Below are positions 27,321 through 40,258 of a stretch of DNA of 64,000 nt, piece by piece; positions within the stretch are counted from its first letter, which is position 1, and each line of letters starts with the position of its first letter. Under the pieces are notes generated by a model. The model worked only from the letters and a program-made list of their open reading frames with translations, was not told where the DNA came from and searched no databases. Source of the stretch: Lama glama (taxonomy: Eukaryota); assembly GCA_028534125.1 (NCBI GenBank), contig CM052817.1, forward strand, positions 102,984,001 to 103,048,000. The letters are read 5' to 3'. A program made the translations under genes and the position numbers.

Positions 27321-27649
27321 ATAATAATATCAAAAAAAAATTTGAAGACAACTGTTCAACTGCTAGATTTTCTCCCCTATCTCACTCTTGCTCAGGGGCT
27401 TAATCGAAACTAAAACAAAATGCAGGTCATCATTTCTTCAGGCCCCCACTGACTTCCCTTTATCCTCTTCTCTCTTCTTTTATAATACCTGTTCCCTTGG
27501 GTGGGACTTGCTCAGAGACCTCTTTCCAGGGGCGAGCCCCTCCTTGTACCTGTCAAAATTGTTAATCAACCCTTGTGAGAATCCAGCTCTGAATTTTTTT
27601 TTTCACGTTTGATGATTTTATTTTTGGCTTACATTTTCTTTTAAAAAAA

Positions 27650-27770
27650 AAAAACACCTTTGTTATGATATGATTCCTGCACAGTAAACTACACATATTT
27701 CAGATGTAGAATTTGATGAATTTTGATAAATGTATACTCCCATGAAGCCATCACCACAATCAAGACAGCT
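27650..27770 (-). mobile_element. Old L1 3' end fragment
   Basis: atttgatgaattttgataaatgtatactcccatgaagccatcaccacaatcaaga. Confidence 0.7.
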
Positions 27771-29975
27771 CCAAACAATGACCCAGGAGCTATCATTTAA
27801 GCACATTCTTCACCATACGACTGCACAACATGATTGCATCATTTACCTCTGGATTCAAGTGACTTTTTTTCCATTTTATACAGCAATCAGTTGATTTCAT
27901 TTCTCATAAAGATAGCGCTCTGCTCACAAAGCAGGAAACATGATCTGAGGCTGACAGGGAAGAAAGGTAAATAGTAGCGTTGAGAATAACACAATAACAA
28001 GCCTTTTCAGGACCATGCAGATAACACCTACTCCTTCATCTTATGTCTCCCACACACAAGTAGCTTCCACCTCCTCTGTCATCCCAGTCAAAACTGGTTG
28101 TGTGCTGTGAATTACCAAGGGTTCAGAATTCTAATCCCTCACACCTTGGTCATCAGCCAGTCTAATAAAAATGTGAGAAATCCAAAGGGTGAGGGTCATT
28201 GTCACACTTCCAAGCAGCTGTCTTCCGGTCACCTGGCACAGGGAAAGTCTTCTTATGTTGATAGTTATATTTTGGGATTTGTTATCCTCCTTTTATTGAT
28301 ACACTCCTTTCCCCCAATATGGTCAGATTAGTGGCTCAATTATATTTTCAAAGATAAAATGAAGAAGGAAGAAAAATGACTGATGAAATTTACTCTAAAA
28401 AAACACAAGGCTGTGAACCCAAATGTTTAGATAGTTATCTGGAGGATATTGCCTTATAGTTCTACCCGGTATACAGTGAGCTTTTAAAAAATTATTTCTT
28501 TTCCACGAGCTGATCATTACACATTGCTTACTAGGTTTTCACGAGTCCCCATATTTCAAGGATCATTTTCAGATTTTTACTCTGTGCAGTCTCAAAACCG
28601 TGAGTTGGACACAGCATGCAAATTCTTGAATGAAGCATAGTATGCACAGTAAGAAATTAATTCATTTTGCAGTGGGTGATTCTTTAAACACCACCATATA
28701 TTGTTTAAAATGTACCTTGCTGATTTTCAGCAAGAAACAAATCACAGAAAAATCTAATGCTGGTTTAAAAAAAAAAGAAAAAAATAATATTTTGAAACAA
28801 AACAAAATAAAAACTGCTTTATCTTCCAGAGCCAGAAGTGTGGAGTTAGCGGCACAGTGGCTGACCCCAGGTTTCAGTATATTCTCCGTTCTAAGGGACA
28901 TTGACAGGAAATGGTCAGCCTAGAGATACAATGAAAGGAAACTCAGCAGTGAAGGTTTCACTGATAACATGTGATTTGAAGTCAGTGAACGGACCTAACA
29001 GTCATTCACCAGCTTAGGCAAAGCGTGTAATAATCCAAAGGCGCCATTAAAATCTTGTCATAAAAGCACACAGAGGATGGCATTTGACACAGGAGGAGGG
29101 GCCCAGTATTTTCCTAGTAATGGTCTGGTTGCAGTGACTGGTATCAATATTGAGCTCTTTCACAACATTCTGTGTATCTAACTTATATTTGCCCTAAAGT
29201 TTCTTATGGGATACCATAAAAGATGACTAATTTTTAAAGTAATCTCCTCTGTGATAAAACGTGGACAAACCAGTGTTCAACCCCTTCCCTTCTCACCTCC
29301 TGCTGCCTCTCTCCACCTGCCATCTTCCCTTTTATCTTAGAGAATAGCTGTTCCTAGTAGACAAAAATCACCAAAATTCAATGTTGCACTTTCATAGTTT
29401 TGTATAGAACTCATCCCATTTTCTTAAATGGAGCATGTCCTCTGAGCGATCATTAAACTTCTTCAGACATCAGTGACTGTACTGAACTACATTACACCGT
29501 CCTCAGAGACTCCAGAGCGTGTAACACCTTTGTTCCTGCACAGAGCACATTATGTGGCCCCCTAATGACTTAGATTTTTTGCTCTATCTTATTTTCATAG
29601 TATTTTTTTTTATCACTTCCCTTGTTACCAGGTTGCCAGCCTCACAAGATGCAGGAGAGTAAGAGTTTAAATCCTCAGATAGAAGTGCTTGCTATTGGTT
29701 ATCTTTCTTAACATTTGCAGTTTATTTTTTTGCCCTTAGAGAGTGAATGGGTTAAATCGTGAGTAAAATAAGAAAAAATAAATGCTGGGTGGAAATTTAA
29801 AGACTTTCATCGAGTAAACTTTAGCACTTTGATTTTTAATACAGATTTTTATCACTCAAAGATCTTTTGCAGAATTCCAAGTTTTCAGTTCTTTTAAATC
29901 AGTAGTAAATAGGTGTAAAACTAATTTTAGTGAGATGACATTGTTTACTGTGAATCTGTGATTGATAGTAAAGAA

Positions 29976-30301
29976 CGGCACCATCCAATGGAAACATACT
30001 GTGAGTCACATATTTAATTGTAAATTTCCTACTAGACCTAATAAAAAAAGTACAAAGAAACAGGTGGAATTAATTTTGTATATAAATAGGATAGAAATAA
30101 TGCATTTTATAAAAACCAATATATCCAAAATACTATTTTAACATATGAAACTGAGATTCTTTTTTTCACTATTTTATCCACACCAAGCCTTTGAAATCCC
30201 ATGCATATCTTACACACATAGCATATTTTAACTTCGACTAGCTGTCTTTAAACTGTTTAACAGTTACATGTGGCTGGTGGTTATCACATTGGACTGCACA
30301 G
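29976..30301. mobile_element. MER33-like hAT-Charlie element, opposite orientation to 11845-12165
   Basis: ccaatggaaacatactgtgagtcacata...aaagaaacaggtggaattaatttt...acatgtggctggtggttatcacattggactgcacag. Confidence 0.8.
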
Positions 30302-30659
30302 CTACAGAGGACTGCTTTCCTTAATCTTGAGGTGTCTGTGGGTCTAATCAACAGCCTTCTGAAAAATTACAAAGGATTTAATGGAAAGTCATTCTATTCA
30401 AAATGGCCTTATTTACCTAGAACTATAGGGAGACAAATCTGTTTGGCTCACTTGGGGCACCAGAATGTACATTTTGCTGGTAAATTATGACCTCCCAAGT
30501 TTAGCTTTTTCTGTTTAATGATTAGTGAAGTGGTTCGTAAAGTCAGCACTTCATGACAATGTCAAAGTTTTCATGGAGAATGGCTGAACTCACTCTCAAA
30601 GGGTGTGTATTATAATTTACAATGCATATTCATATATGATCAACTTACATGGCAGACCT

Positions 30660-30930
30660 CAGTCACGCATCTCCTATGTGTATGGGACAGGCTACATGTA
30701 GGGGTAGGTGAAGGGCTGCAAAACCAGACAGCTTCTGGCCTCAGGGAGTATCCACACTAGCGAGAAAGAGATGTGAAGCAAATTATCAGGCAAAATCGCA
30801 ACAATAAGAAATGCTGTAACAGAGGACACTGTCTCATGAACATAAAAGGAGGTTTGACCCAGGGGGCAAGGTCAAAGAAAACTTCCTTGAGGAAGTGGTG
30901 CTTGAGCTGAGATCTGAGGGCTGAGTAACC
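30660..30930 (-). mobile_element. L2 fragment
   Basis: ggtcaaagaaaacttccttgaggaagtggtgcttgagctgagatctgagggctgagta. Confidence 0.75.
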
Positions 30931-31284
30931 CTGAGCAGCAGAGAGGAGCCGGGAGGCAGATGCTGTGCAGTTTGATACCAGGCTCTGGTTTTATCTCATG
31001 AAGAAACTGGTGAAGAGAAACCTTCCCCGTGGCTGAGGGAGCAGTTCTTACCCAGACTGAATTCTTGACTTTTCTTCCTGACAGTCTCTTGTGAGCCCAG
31101 GGCTCTTTTCCTGTAACTTTGGTGCCAAGCTGGGAGAGTCTCTTCTGCTCCAGGGGTCTTCATGCCTTTGTTTCTGCCTTAGTATTTAGTACGCTCCAGG
31201 ACTCCTTTGATTATGCCTTTCATCTCGTCTTTAAAATGCAATATGTGAAATACATGTGAGTGGGAATTTCTGTATTATTAATTC

Positions 31285-32170
31285 ACCAACTGGTAAAACT
31301 TCTTGCAACATGTACAAAATAATATAACTCATAAATCAGTAAAAAAAAAAATCAAACTAAAAAAACCAATTCAGTGAATAAAATGGGCGAAGGACAAAAA
31401 GAAGCAATTCACATGAGAAGAAACTCAAATGACAAATACACATGAAGCTCAGCAGTTACCAAAGAAATAAAAATAATATCTATTGATTTTGTTTAGCTTC
31501 TCTTACTGAGAAAGATGCCAAGCAGCATGGTGTGTCTCTAAGGAAACAAGCATGTATTCTAACATACTACTGGGGAGAAGAGTTATCTGGAACCACAATT
31601 AGTTAACAATCAGTTAACATGCACTAAAAGTTAACATGCACTAAGAGTTGCCTGAAACAATTACTTAACACGCACTAAAAGACTTAGAGTGCATGCCCAC
31701 TGATCCAGCATTTCCACTCTTGGAATTTATGCTGAGGAACTAATCAGACAGGTAGTTAAAATAATTGTATAAATTTAGGCCTATATTAGTTAAATAAAAT
31801 ATAAAATGGGACCCACCTAAATATCCAACAATAGAGGAATGCTTAAAAATTATGTTACTACAAATAAATTACTGTAAAGTATGATGTATTTGTGTATTTA
31901 TTCAGAAGAAGATATTCATAGTATTCTGATCAGTGAAAAGGAGAACAGGGTATGAAGCAGTATGAACAATACGATTCTGGGTTTTGGGGTTTTTTTTTTT
32001 TTGTAAAAATTTCTACATACACAGGCAGTCTACGAGTGTCCTTACACTGGAAAAAATTTGGAAAATATAGCAGTTCTAACACACAGCAGTGTGATTATAT
32101 ATAACTTTTTATTTTTATTTATCTAGATTTTCTACTTTTAATAGCAATTTCCTCTCATACATCAAAAATA
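31285..32170 (+). mobile_element. Ancient L1 (L1ME-like) 3' region
   Basis: aaaatgggcgaaggacaaaaagaagcaattcaca; tgatccagcatttccactcttggaatttat; cacctaaatatccaacaatagaggaatg. Confidence 0.75.
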
Positions 32171-32719
32171 AACATTCTTTTTAAAATAATACTTTTTCAT
32201 TTAGAAAATTTTAAGGAAGAAAAAAAGAAAATTTTAATGAAGAAGTTTTATAAAAGGAAATAAAAACAAAAAAAGTATTTGTTGTATTACCATCCAAAGA
32301 CAACTGCATTAATGCTGGAAAGTATTTTGGTTCAATCTATTTTTTAAGCTATAACTATTTTTTTAAAACACAGTTTTGATCAATTTTAATTGGGCTTCTG
32401 AGACCAGTGTTAAACCTTGCCTGAGGGACAGAGGATTTTCTTGTATCCAGTTACAGGGTTTTTCCAAAACAGGATGATAACAGCTTACAATTAGGTTGGC
32501 TGAATTGAAGCTTTCTCCAGATACCCTTGTAAAAGGAGACACTAGCTCTCTCCCTTCTTGGTGTGTTCACTTCAGTCAGATGTGGTTTTTCTCAGCCAGT
32601 GATTCTCCTAGGAATTTCACTGAATAGGTTGCCTGCCTATTAATAATCACACAAGACAGTCCTGCAAAATACCCAGAGTCAGCATTAAGAACAAGATTAT
32701 TAATAATCTTATTTAAGAA

Positions 32720-32965
32720 ACACAGTGGCTAAAAAGACAGACTCTGAAGCCAGATTACCTGGGTTCAAGTCCTAGTTCTGACACTTTCTAGCTATGTCAC
32801 CTAAGACTAATGATTGAACTTTATGTGCCTTAATTTCCTCTTCTGTAAAATTGGAAAAATAAAGGCCTCTACCTCATAAATTGTTGGAAACATTGCATGT
32901 TAATATGGACAAAACACTTACAATAGTGTGTGGCCCAAATATAAACGCTCAATAAGTGTTACTTT
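32720..32965 (+). mobile_element. MIR, near full length
   Basis: cagtggctaaaaagacagactctgaagccagattacctgggttcaagtcctag...tttcctcttctgtaaaattgg...gctcaataagtgtta. Confidence 0.9.
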
Positions 32966-33032
32966 ATATCACTATTCAGAGACCACACCTTCCTGGAAAT
33001 GATGCCTGGTTCACAGTCGCTGAAGGGTGCGG

Positions 33033-33532
33033 NNNNNNNNNNNNNNNNNNNNNNNNNNNNNNNNNNNNNNNNNNNNNNNNNNNNNNNNNNNNNNNNNNNN
33101 NNNNNNNNNNNNNNNNNNNNNNNNNNNNNNNNNNNNNNNNNNNNNNNNNNNNNNNNNNNNNNNNNNNNNNNNNNNNNNNNNNNNNNNNNNNNNNNNNNNN
33201 NNNNNNNNNNNNNNNNNNNNNNNNNNNNNNNNNNNNNNNNNNNNNNNNNNNNNNNNNNNNNNNNNNNNNNNNNNNNNNNNNNNNNNNNNNNNNNNNNNNN
33301 NNNNNNNNNNNNNNNNNNNNNNNNNNNNNNNNNNNNNNNNNNNNNNNNNNNNNNNNNNNNNNNNNNNNNNNNNNNNNNNNNNNNNNNNNNNNNNNNNNNN
33401 NNNNNNNNNNNNNNNNNNNNNNNNNNNNNNNNNNNNNNNNNNNNNNNNNNNNNNNNNNNNNNNNNNNNNNNNNNNNNNNNNNNNNNNNNNNNNNNNNNNN
33501 NNNNNNNNNNNNNNNNNNNNNNNNNNNNNNNN
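33033..33532. other. Assembly gap (500 N)
   Basis: Exactly 500 N. Confidence 0.99.
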
Positions 33533-34057
33533 TTATTTCAAAGAAACTTCTCATTTAGTGAAAAAGAGATTTTTTTTCAGTCACTTGATATCGTGGAATC
33601 AATTGTGTCAAAACCAAACTTATGAAATATATGACAGAAGATATTCACCAAGGTGTGTAGACACTCGGTTTACAGTTTTTCCTTTCATGTTAAGACTGAA
33701 AGACCTTCCTGGTGGGTACAGCCCTGTCCCTCGCCCACCAGTGAGGGAGCCGGGCAGGAAGGAGGCGAGCTGGGCCTGGGGACCCTCTGCTGCTCCGACC
33801 ACCACCCAGAGGGAACGGCCCCCAGTTGCCCAGGGCACCACCGGCAGAATCCTGGTTCCAAGGACTGATCCCGTGGCAGTGAACAGGATTTCCTCTGCGT
33901 GTCTACACGGTCCCAGTCTCCAGGCTTCTTATGTCGAAAAGTCTCAGTAGAACTGTTGGCTCTCCTTGGGTTTCTAAGGCTGGGCCTCTTTTACAGTTTT
34001 GTTTGGCCAGTGTAGTTTCCCTCTCTCCTACCATTTGTCTGCAGTGACAGACGGAAG

Positions 34058-34620
34058 TGTTAGGTAGTTAGGTAAGTGGGGACATTGGGCAGATAAGGTG
34101 GAGGAAGGGAGGATGGTCTGGAAAATTGTGGTATGTCCGCCTTCAGCATAAAGGGGCTTTACCGCCTCTAAATGAGAGCCAGCAAGAAACTGGTTAAAAC
34201 CTGACAGCTGCAACTGTGCAGGAGTGACAAAGACCCAAGCTCATAGTAATGACCCGATGCTCATAGTAATAAAATTAGCACTGCAGTTTAGTGCCTCCCT
34301 CCCACCATGTGTTTTCCTGTGTGCGTCACGGGTAAGGACATGCACAAAAGGGGACGAGCATGACGGAGCACTCCAGGGGCAAGAGCTGTCAATCAATCAA
34401 GAGACCCCCTCTAAGCGAGGGTGTGAGAGAAGGGGGCAAACAGAGACCACTGCTACCCGCCCTGGGATCAGCCCGCCTCCCATTCTTGGAGGGGTGCTTT
34501 CCCTTTGCTAATAAGCCCTTTAAAATCTCTTGCTACACAACACACCATCTCCCATTCGCATTCTTATCTTTCGGATATGACAAAACTGGGGTCTTTTTCC
34601 CTTTCCCTTTTAAGGTAACA
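34058..34620 (+). mobile_element. Solo LTR, ERV1 (MER4/MER41-group-like)
   Basis: Termini TGTTA...TAACA with a perfect 4-bp TSD GAAG (34054-34057 and 34621-34624). Internal duplicated gctcatagtaat. Confidence 0.88.
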
Positions 34621-34971
34621 GAAGGATCTGGAGACTTGACCTCCTTCTTACCCCTGCAGATAACTAAGGGGAAAAGGACTCAATGTACGACTTGAAAACT
34701 GTATCTGAGGTGGTAACAGTACGTTCCAAGATGAAGGTGAAAGAAATGTGTGACTGTCGCCCACACTTTGATATCTCACCCTCAGTGTGGGCTTCAGAGC
34801 AAGCCCATTTCCCCCCAAAAAGTTTGCTGTTAAGAGCATCCTAATTATGCTGATTAAAAAATCATAAAAACTTTAAATTGTGGTTGTCCTTTGACATAGA
34901 AATAGATGTAAGCCTGAGGAGACCATTACCCGGCTCTTTAGTTGGCAGGTGTAGAGAGCTCCCTGCCCTAG

Positions 34972-35156
34972 AGCAGAGGTCTTCCAACCTTGGCCCTGGG
35001 TGAGACGCACAGAAGGACTGGAAACTGCTGATGATCAGGCCCATCCACAGATGAATTCTGATTCAGTAGGTTTGGGCTGCAGCTCAGGAATCTTTTTAAC
35101 AATGAAACCCAGGCGATGTACACGTAGGTGGGCGTGGCTCTCTCAGAAGCACTGGC
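34972..35156. mobile_element. MER5-like hAT-Charlie MITE
   Basis: cagaggtcttccaaccttggc...attctgattcagtaggtttggg...cccaggcgat...agaagcactg. Confidence 0.65.
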
Positions 35157-36140
35157 TTAGGGAAGGTGTTCTTGGTCACTGGCAGTGAGAGGCCTGTCAC
35201 TGTATGACCTTGACAGATTGTACACATTTGAACCAAAAAAAAAAAAAAAACCCTTAAGTGCTTTGCTTAATGAATCCTCACAGAGCAACTCTGAGGTGGG
35301 CAGGAGACAGGAAATAATATTCTACAGAGAAGCTAAAGTAATTTACTCAAGGCAACTTAACAAATCTGTGTTTGAACAGGTGTTGGGACTAGAACCCCCA
35401 GCCTCCTGGGCTCTGTACTCTCTGTACAAGGTCTTCCCTTCCAGCACCGTGGAGCACGTGCTGCTCTGCACGATTCTTCTGGAACAGCGCATGATTATTT
35501 CTATTGCATCTGTTACACAGAGACACACGTCACATGTCAAATAGCCAGCGACAGTCGAATTTGGAAATGCTACCACTGTCCAGTGCAACCACTGCTCACT
35601 CCTCAGCCCTCTAATGGTCTGCATCCCTTCCATTAAGTCATCAAACATACTCTCACCAAGATCGCTCACAGTTTTTCTTGATGCAAAATCCAAAGAACAG
35701 CATTTGAGTCAAATTTATGGGAGAAACGTAACTTTGTCTCACTTCCTGCAGCATAATTCTTGGGATGACGAAACGCTTTTGATAAGGGGTAAATCTACAA
35801 CTTTATTTAAACATGAGAAAGGGTGAAATAAGGAAATCAAAAAACTTGAGGAATTGCTGAAAGATGAACAGCAAGTTGGTACAACTGAAGGAGAACTAGT
35901 CTGGAGAAAGGGGAGCCAATAAACCACATAGAAAAAAAAAAAACTACCAGAAATTTCAATGATATTTCAAAGTAAAGAATTAAAAAGAGATTCTAACAGC
36001 TTTGCCTTGGTTGTTCTGCCTCACTCTCCCACTAAGCAGAACAAGTGTCTTTGTGTGCAGGCTAATCCCTGAGAACTGCTTTCAAAAGCAAGCAGGTAAT
36101 CTTCTCAGGGGAGTGTTCTTTTAAGAATCATAGGTCTCAT

Positions 36141-36410
36141 TATGCATTTGTCAAAACCCATAGAATGTACAGCATCAAGAGTGAACCCTAATGTAAACTG
36201 TGGGCTTTGGTTGATAGTAATGTGCCCATGTTGGCTCATCGATTGTACCAAATATGCCACACTGATGAGGGATGTTGAGGGTAGGGGAGTGTGTATGTGT
36301 GAAGGGGGAGGCTATGTGGGAACTCCATATTTTGTGCTCAGTTCTGTTGTGCACCTGAAACTGCTCTAAAAGAATAAGGTCTATTAAAAATTAAAAAAAT
36401 AATAATAATA
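36141..36410 (+). mobile_element. L1MC1-like 3' end
   Basis: atttgtcaaaacccatagaatgtacagcatcaagagtgaaccctaatgtaaactgtgggctttgg...cctgaaactgctctaaaa. Flanked by ataggtctcat on both sides. Confidence 0.85.
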
Positions 36411-36413
36411 GGT

Positions 36414-36575
36414 CTCATCACAAGGGAAAGAAATGTGTAACTATGAGCAGTGATGGATGTTAACTGGATGTGCTGTGGAAATTATCTCATGATTTATACT
36501 AATACTGAAGCACTGCATTAAATGCCTGAAGCTAATATAATGCTGTGTGTCAGTCATACCGCAATAAAAAAAAAG
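36414..36575 (+). mobile_element. L1MA-like 3' end
   Basis: tctcatcacaag...gtaactatg...gtgatggatgttaact...cctgaagctaatataatgctgtgtgtca...caataaaaaaaaa. Confidence 0.75.
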
Positions 36576-36719
36576 AGTATTGGAGCCTAATTTATGTTGT
36601 TATTGAGATAATGACATAATTAACAAAAACTACTAACATTAATAAAGCACGTGCTATGTGCCAGGCCCTGTTCTAAGCATCTTATAAGTACTGACTCATT
36701 TAATCTTCATCATGGTAAA

Positions 36720-38400
36720 AAATAAGGGACAAAAAGATATTTGAGAAAAAGCAAAGGAAACAGCAAAGATCAATAAGCAGAATGCCTGAGCCCGAGGAAA
36801 AAGAAATGCAGGGAACAGAGAGAAATTTAAAATACTCTTAATAGCCCCCTCCGGGATACAAGAGAATACTTAATCTATAAAAGGAAAAATAAAGTCTGGT
36901 GATACAATAAGAACAATCATAAAAGGAGAATGAGTTCTTGGAAAGTAAATACATGAGCACTGATATCAAACATCTAGTACCTCCATCAGCCAAATCCCGA
37001 AATAATCATCCCTCAGGACTGGATTAATAATCTGGAAGATAAACTCATGAAAATTTTGTAAAACATAGAGCGAAAAGACAAAGAACTTGAAGAAGTAAGG
37101 GACATGGGGAATGAATAGGAGCTCAACGTCTTCTGCCTAACGAAATTTCAGAAAGATAGAACCAGGACAATAAAATAAGGGAACCAAAGAAAAATCTTCT
37201 AGGTTGGGCACAAGGCTCAAATTGAAAGGGTTTATCAGACGCAGAACAGTAAAATAAATTCTGGTGGTGGAAGAAAAAAACGATAGTAGCAAAATAACCC
37301 TGAAGTATACAGAAATAAATCCAAACATCTGCTGTGCAAGATATAATAACATAAATAATAATATAATATATATTAAAATAATAAAATAAATAACAAGATT
37401 TAATAAAATAAATATAAGATATAATACATAATAAATAAATAATAAATATAATAAAATACAATAAGATATAATAGAATAAATAAAATAACAATAACTAAAA
37501 AACAAAATATAATAAAATGAATAATAAATTTTAAAAATAGGACCTAAAAGTAGTCCTACTTAGATAGAAAATTCAACTCTCTGAAGGTATTGATTCCTCC
37601 AAAATTGTTCTACAATTTAATGCAATTCTACTAAAAATCCTAGTAAGAATTTGTGCAAAACTTCAAAATGTGATGGTAAAATTCATATAGGAGAATAAAG
37701 GGCCGAGAATAACTAAGATAATTTTGAAGAGGAAGGAGCTGCCTATCAGTTATTAAGACTATTAAGTCTGGAGTCCAGGTACAACTAGGGTAAATGAGAC
37801 CGTGTGGGACTGGCACAGAAGGGGACCACCAATGGGACAGAGCAGAGACCCAGGTGTGTGGAGACTCCACATACTATAGACGTGGGATAAAATCAACGGG
37901 AAAAGATAGGCTGGTTAATAGATTTTTCAAGGACAAGTTATTTTCCATGTTGAACAAATTATGGTCCTTGCCTCACATGACACAGAAAATCAATTTGAGG
38001 TTGATTAAAAACCAAAATGTGCGAAGTGAAATTTAAAAGGAAAGATAAATAACATGAAACTATATAAAACTACATACTCTACTTGTAAAAGTTTTAAACA
38101 GTATCCTGAAAAAAAATCATATTGGCATATACAATATTATCTCACATATGTAAAGTTTCAAAACATTCATCACTTCAAATTATTTATGGAAAATACGCAT
38201 ATAGTGAAAAAAATTAAATCATGCGTAAAAAGGAACGTTAGGAGAGTGGTTCCCTCTAAGGGGGAAAGAGGTGACTAGGACTCGGAAGAGCTAAACAGGG
38301 CTAAGTAGGGCCTTCAAATAAATCTGTTACATTTTACTGTAGCTATAAATGCATGGGTATTAAGTTATATGCGATGCTTTGCTTTTATATATGTTTATCG
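36720..38400 (+). mobile_element. Ancient L1/HAL1-like fragments with an AT-rich low-complexity expansion (about 37340-37537)
   Basis: ORF1-like aatctggaagataaa...aaaacatagagcgaaaagacaaaga; ORF2-like tacaatttaatgcaattctactaaaaatcc...aaaattcatataggagaataaagggccgagaata. Confidence 0.65.
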
Positions 38401-40007
38401 CATTCTGTGAGCCATTTAGCTATTAAGGCAAAAGGCCCAGAACTTATTAAAGTGAGTAATGTTTTCTCATAGCAAACAAGTCAACTTCTCTAGCACCTGG
38501 GAGTGTCTCAGCAAGAAATGTCTAATGCTAATTGCTCACACGAATGTTTTAATATGCTCTGAATGAGGATATAACCTCCTATGATGATTATGAGTAAGCA
38601 CTTTATATTCCAAGGGCCTCCTGGGAGGGACGAAAGAAATACGAGTAGAAAACCCCATCCAGCTGTCAGGTTCTGGTTCCCTGAGGCTCTGCCCCTCTGA
38701 GCAGCCCTGGAGGAGCCATTCTCACTCTCTCAGGAAGGAGTTAAAACCAACTTTCATCTTGTGTTTTGATTGATTAATGGGAGATCTATTAAAAAAAAAA
38801 AAACCTACTCCAGGGACCAGAGATAAGTGAAGACAGTGGGAGTAGGAGAGAGCAGGGTTTTCTTTGAAGTATAATATATTTCTCCTCTAATAATGTAGTA
38901 AGTGAAATGGAGTCATCATCATCCATAGACATAGGCAATATTGAGGGCACACACCTAAGTTCCCACATGACAGGTGAACAACATGGATGGGGTTCTGAGG
39001 CCCAGTAAAGCCCAGGACAGTCCAGGATTAGACCTTTCAATGGGCAGCACAGAGCCCATGGAAAAGGAACGCCAAGGACCTCGTAGGAGCCACCATGGTC
39101 CTAACGATAACTAGGCATGGAGCTCACAGTGTGCACATGGGGATGGACGTTTACTGTTGCTCTTTTATCTCAGTTTGCATTTGAAATAATGCTCTGTTCT
39201 CTCTATATGTAAAATACAGCCCTTAACTTCTACACAGCACTTTCAGCTACGTGATTTCCTTTCATTCTTACAGCTCCCCAAGGTGGTTGGTTCTGTGTGT
39301 GTGGGGAAAAGTCACAAAGGGGCAGGAAAGGAGGTCCTGGGGTAATTTCAGGGGCAGGGATGCCTCCTAGGAATGTTCCTTGGCTTCGGCTCAATATCTC
39401 AGGTACCACCATTAAGGAATTTCTGTCGTCCCCAAAATGACCTATCTTATTTCCCTGCTCCGAAACTGAACTCAGGAATGCATTATTCATTTCAATATAG
39501 GAGAAAATGACACAACTTTTCCCAAATTCTCTAACAAAAGAAGCATACAGCCAGCCCTGCTGAGGCTGCCTAACTTGTACCCAGAAGCAGTGAGGGAAGA
39601 CTGCTATGTTGATTCTTAATCCCCTTATTCCGATCCTATGGGGCAGTACTTCCTAGGGGAGCGGAAGTACTGGGCTGGCAGCAGGATCACCCACGGTGCT
39701 TGCTGAGCAAAGCTAGCTGGACCTCACCACTAGAGAGTCTGACTTAGTAGGTATGAGTCTAGAATCTACTTTTTCCCCCAAAGTTTTATAGGTAATTCTT
39801 AGGTATAGCTAATTTGGGGAAATCAATATAGAAGAAAAAGATCAGATCACTGTGGATGCTTAAAGTAAGAGCTCAGGGTACATACAGAACTTATTTATAT
39901 TTCAAATAAGTTTATTATAAAAATATTTGCAAGGGCTTCCAAATGAAGGGACTTGGAAAATGAGATAGCCTTTACACATTTTTATTTTGGCATTCAATAT
40001 CATATTA

Positions 40008-40258
40008 TAAGTAACGTGCTAGAGCTGGCTGGTACAGGTTTGTGAGGCTAATTGTTAAGTTTTCAGAAATTTCACCATTCAGTGTTCACACTTACATTGT
40101 AACTTGTATTGTATTGTATGTAACCACAAGTTGTTACTTGTTCCTTTAAACTGGCTATTGTAGAAACATTTACACTATTGAAATCAAAAAAATGCTATAA
40201 AATGGGGGATTTTTCTCCTCTGGGGTACTTGTTACAAACTTACCATACACCCCACCAG
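40008..40258. mobile_element. MER63-like hAT-Blackjack element
   Basis: gtgctagagctggctggtacagg...attgttaagttttcagaaattt ... atttacactattgaaatc...ttaccatacaccccac. Confidence 0.65.

Noticed and set aside
32956..33950. Long ORFs of 192-307 aa
   Set aside because: Same gap artefact.
37123..37505. Hydrophobic I/Y/L-rich ORFs resembling membrane proteins
   Set aside because: Translations of AT-rich low-complexity sequence.
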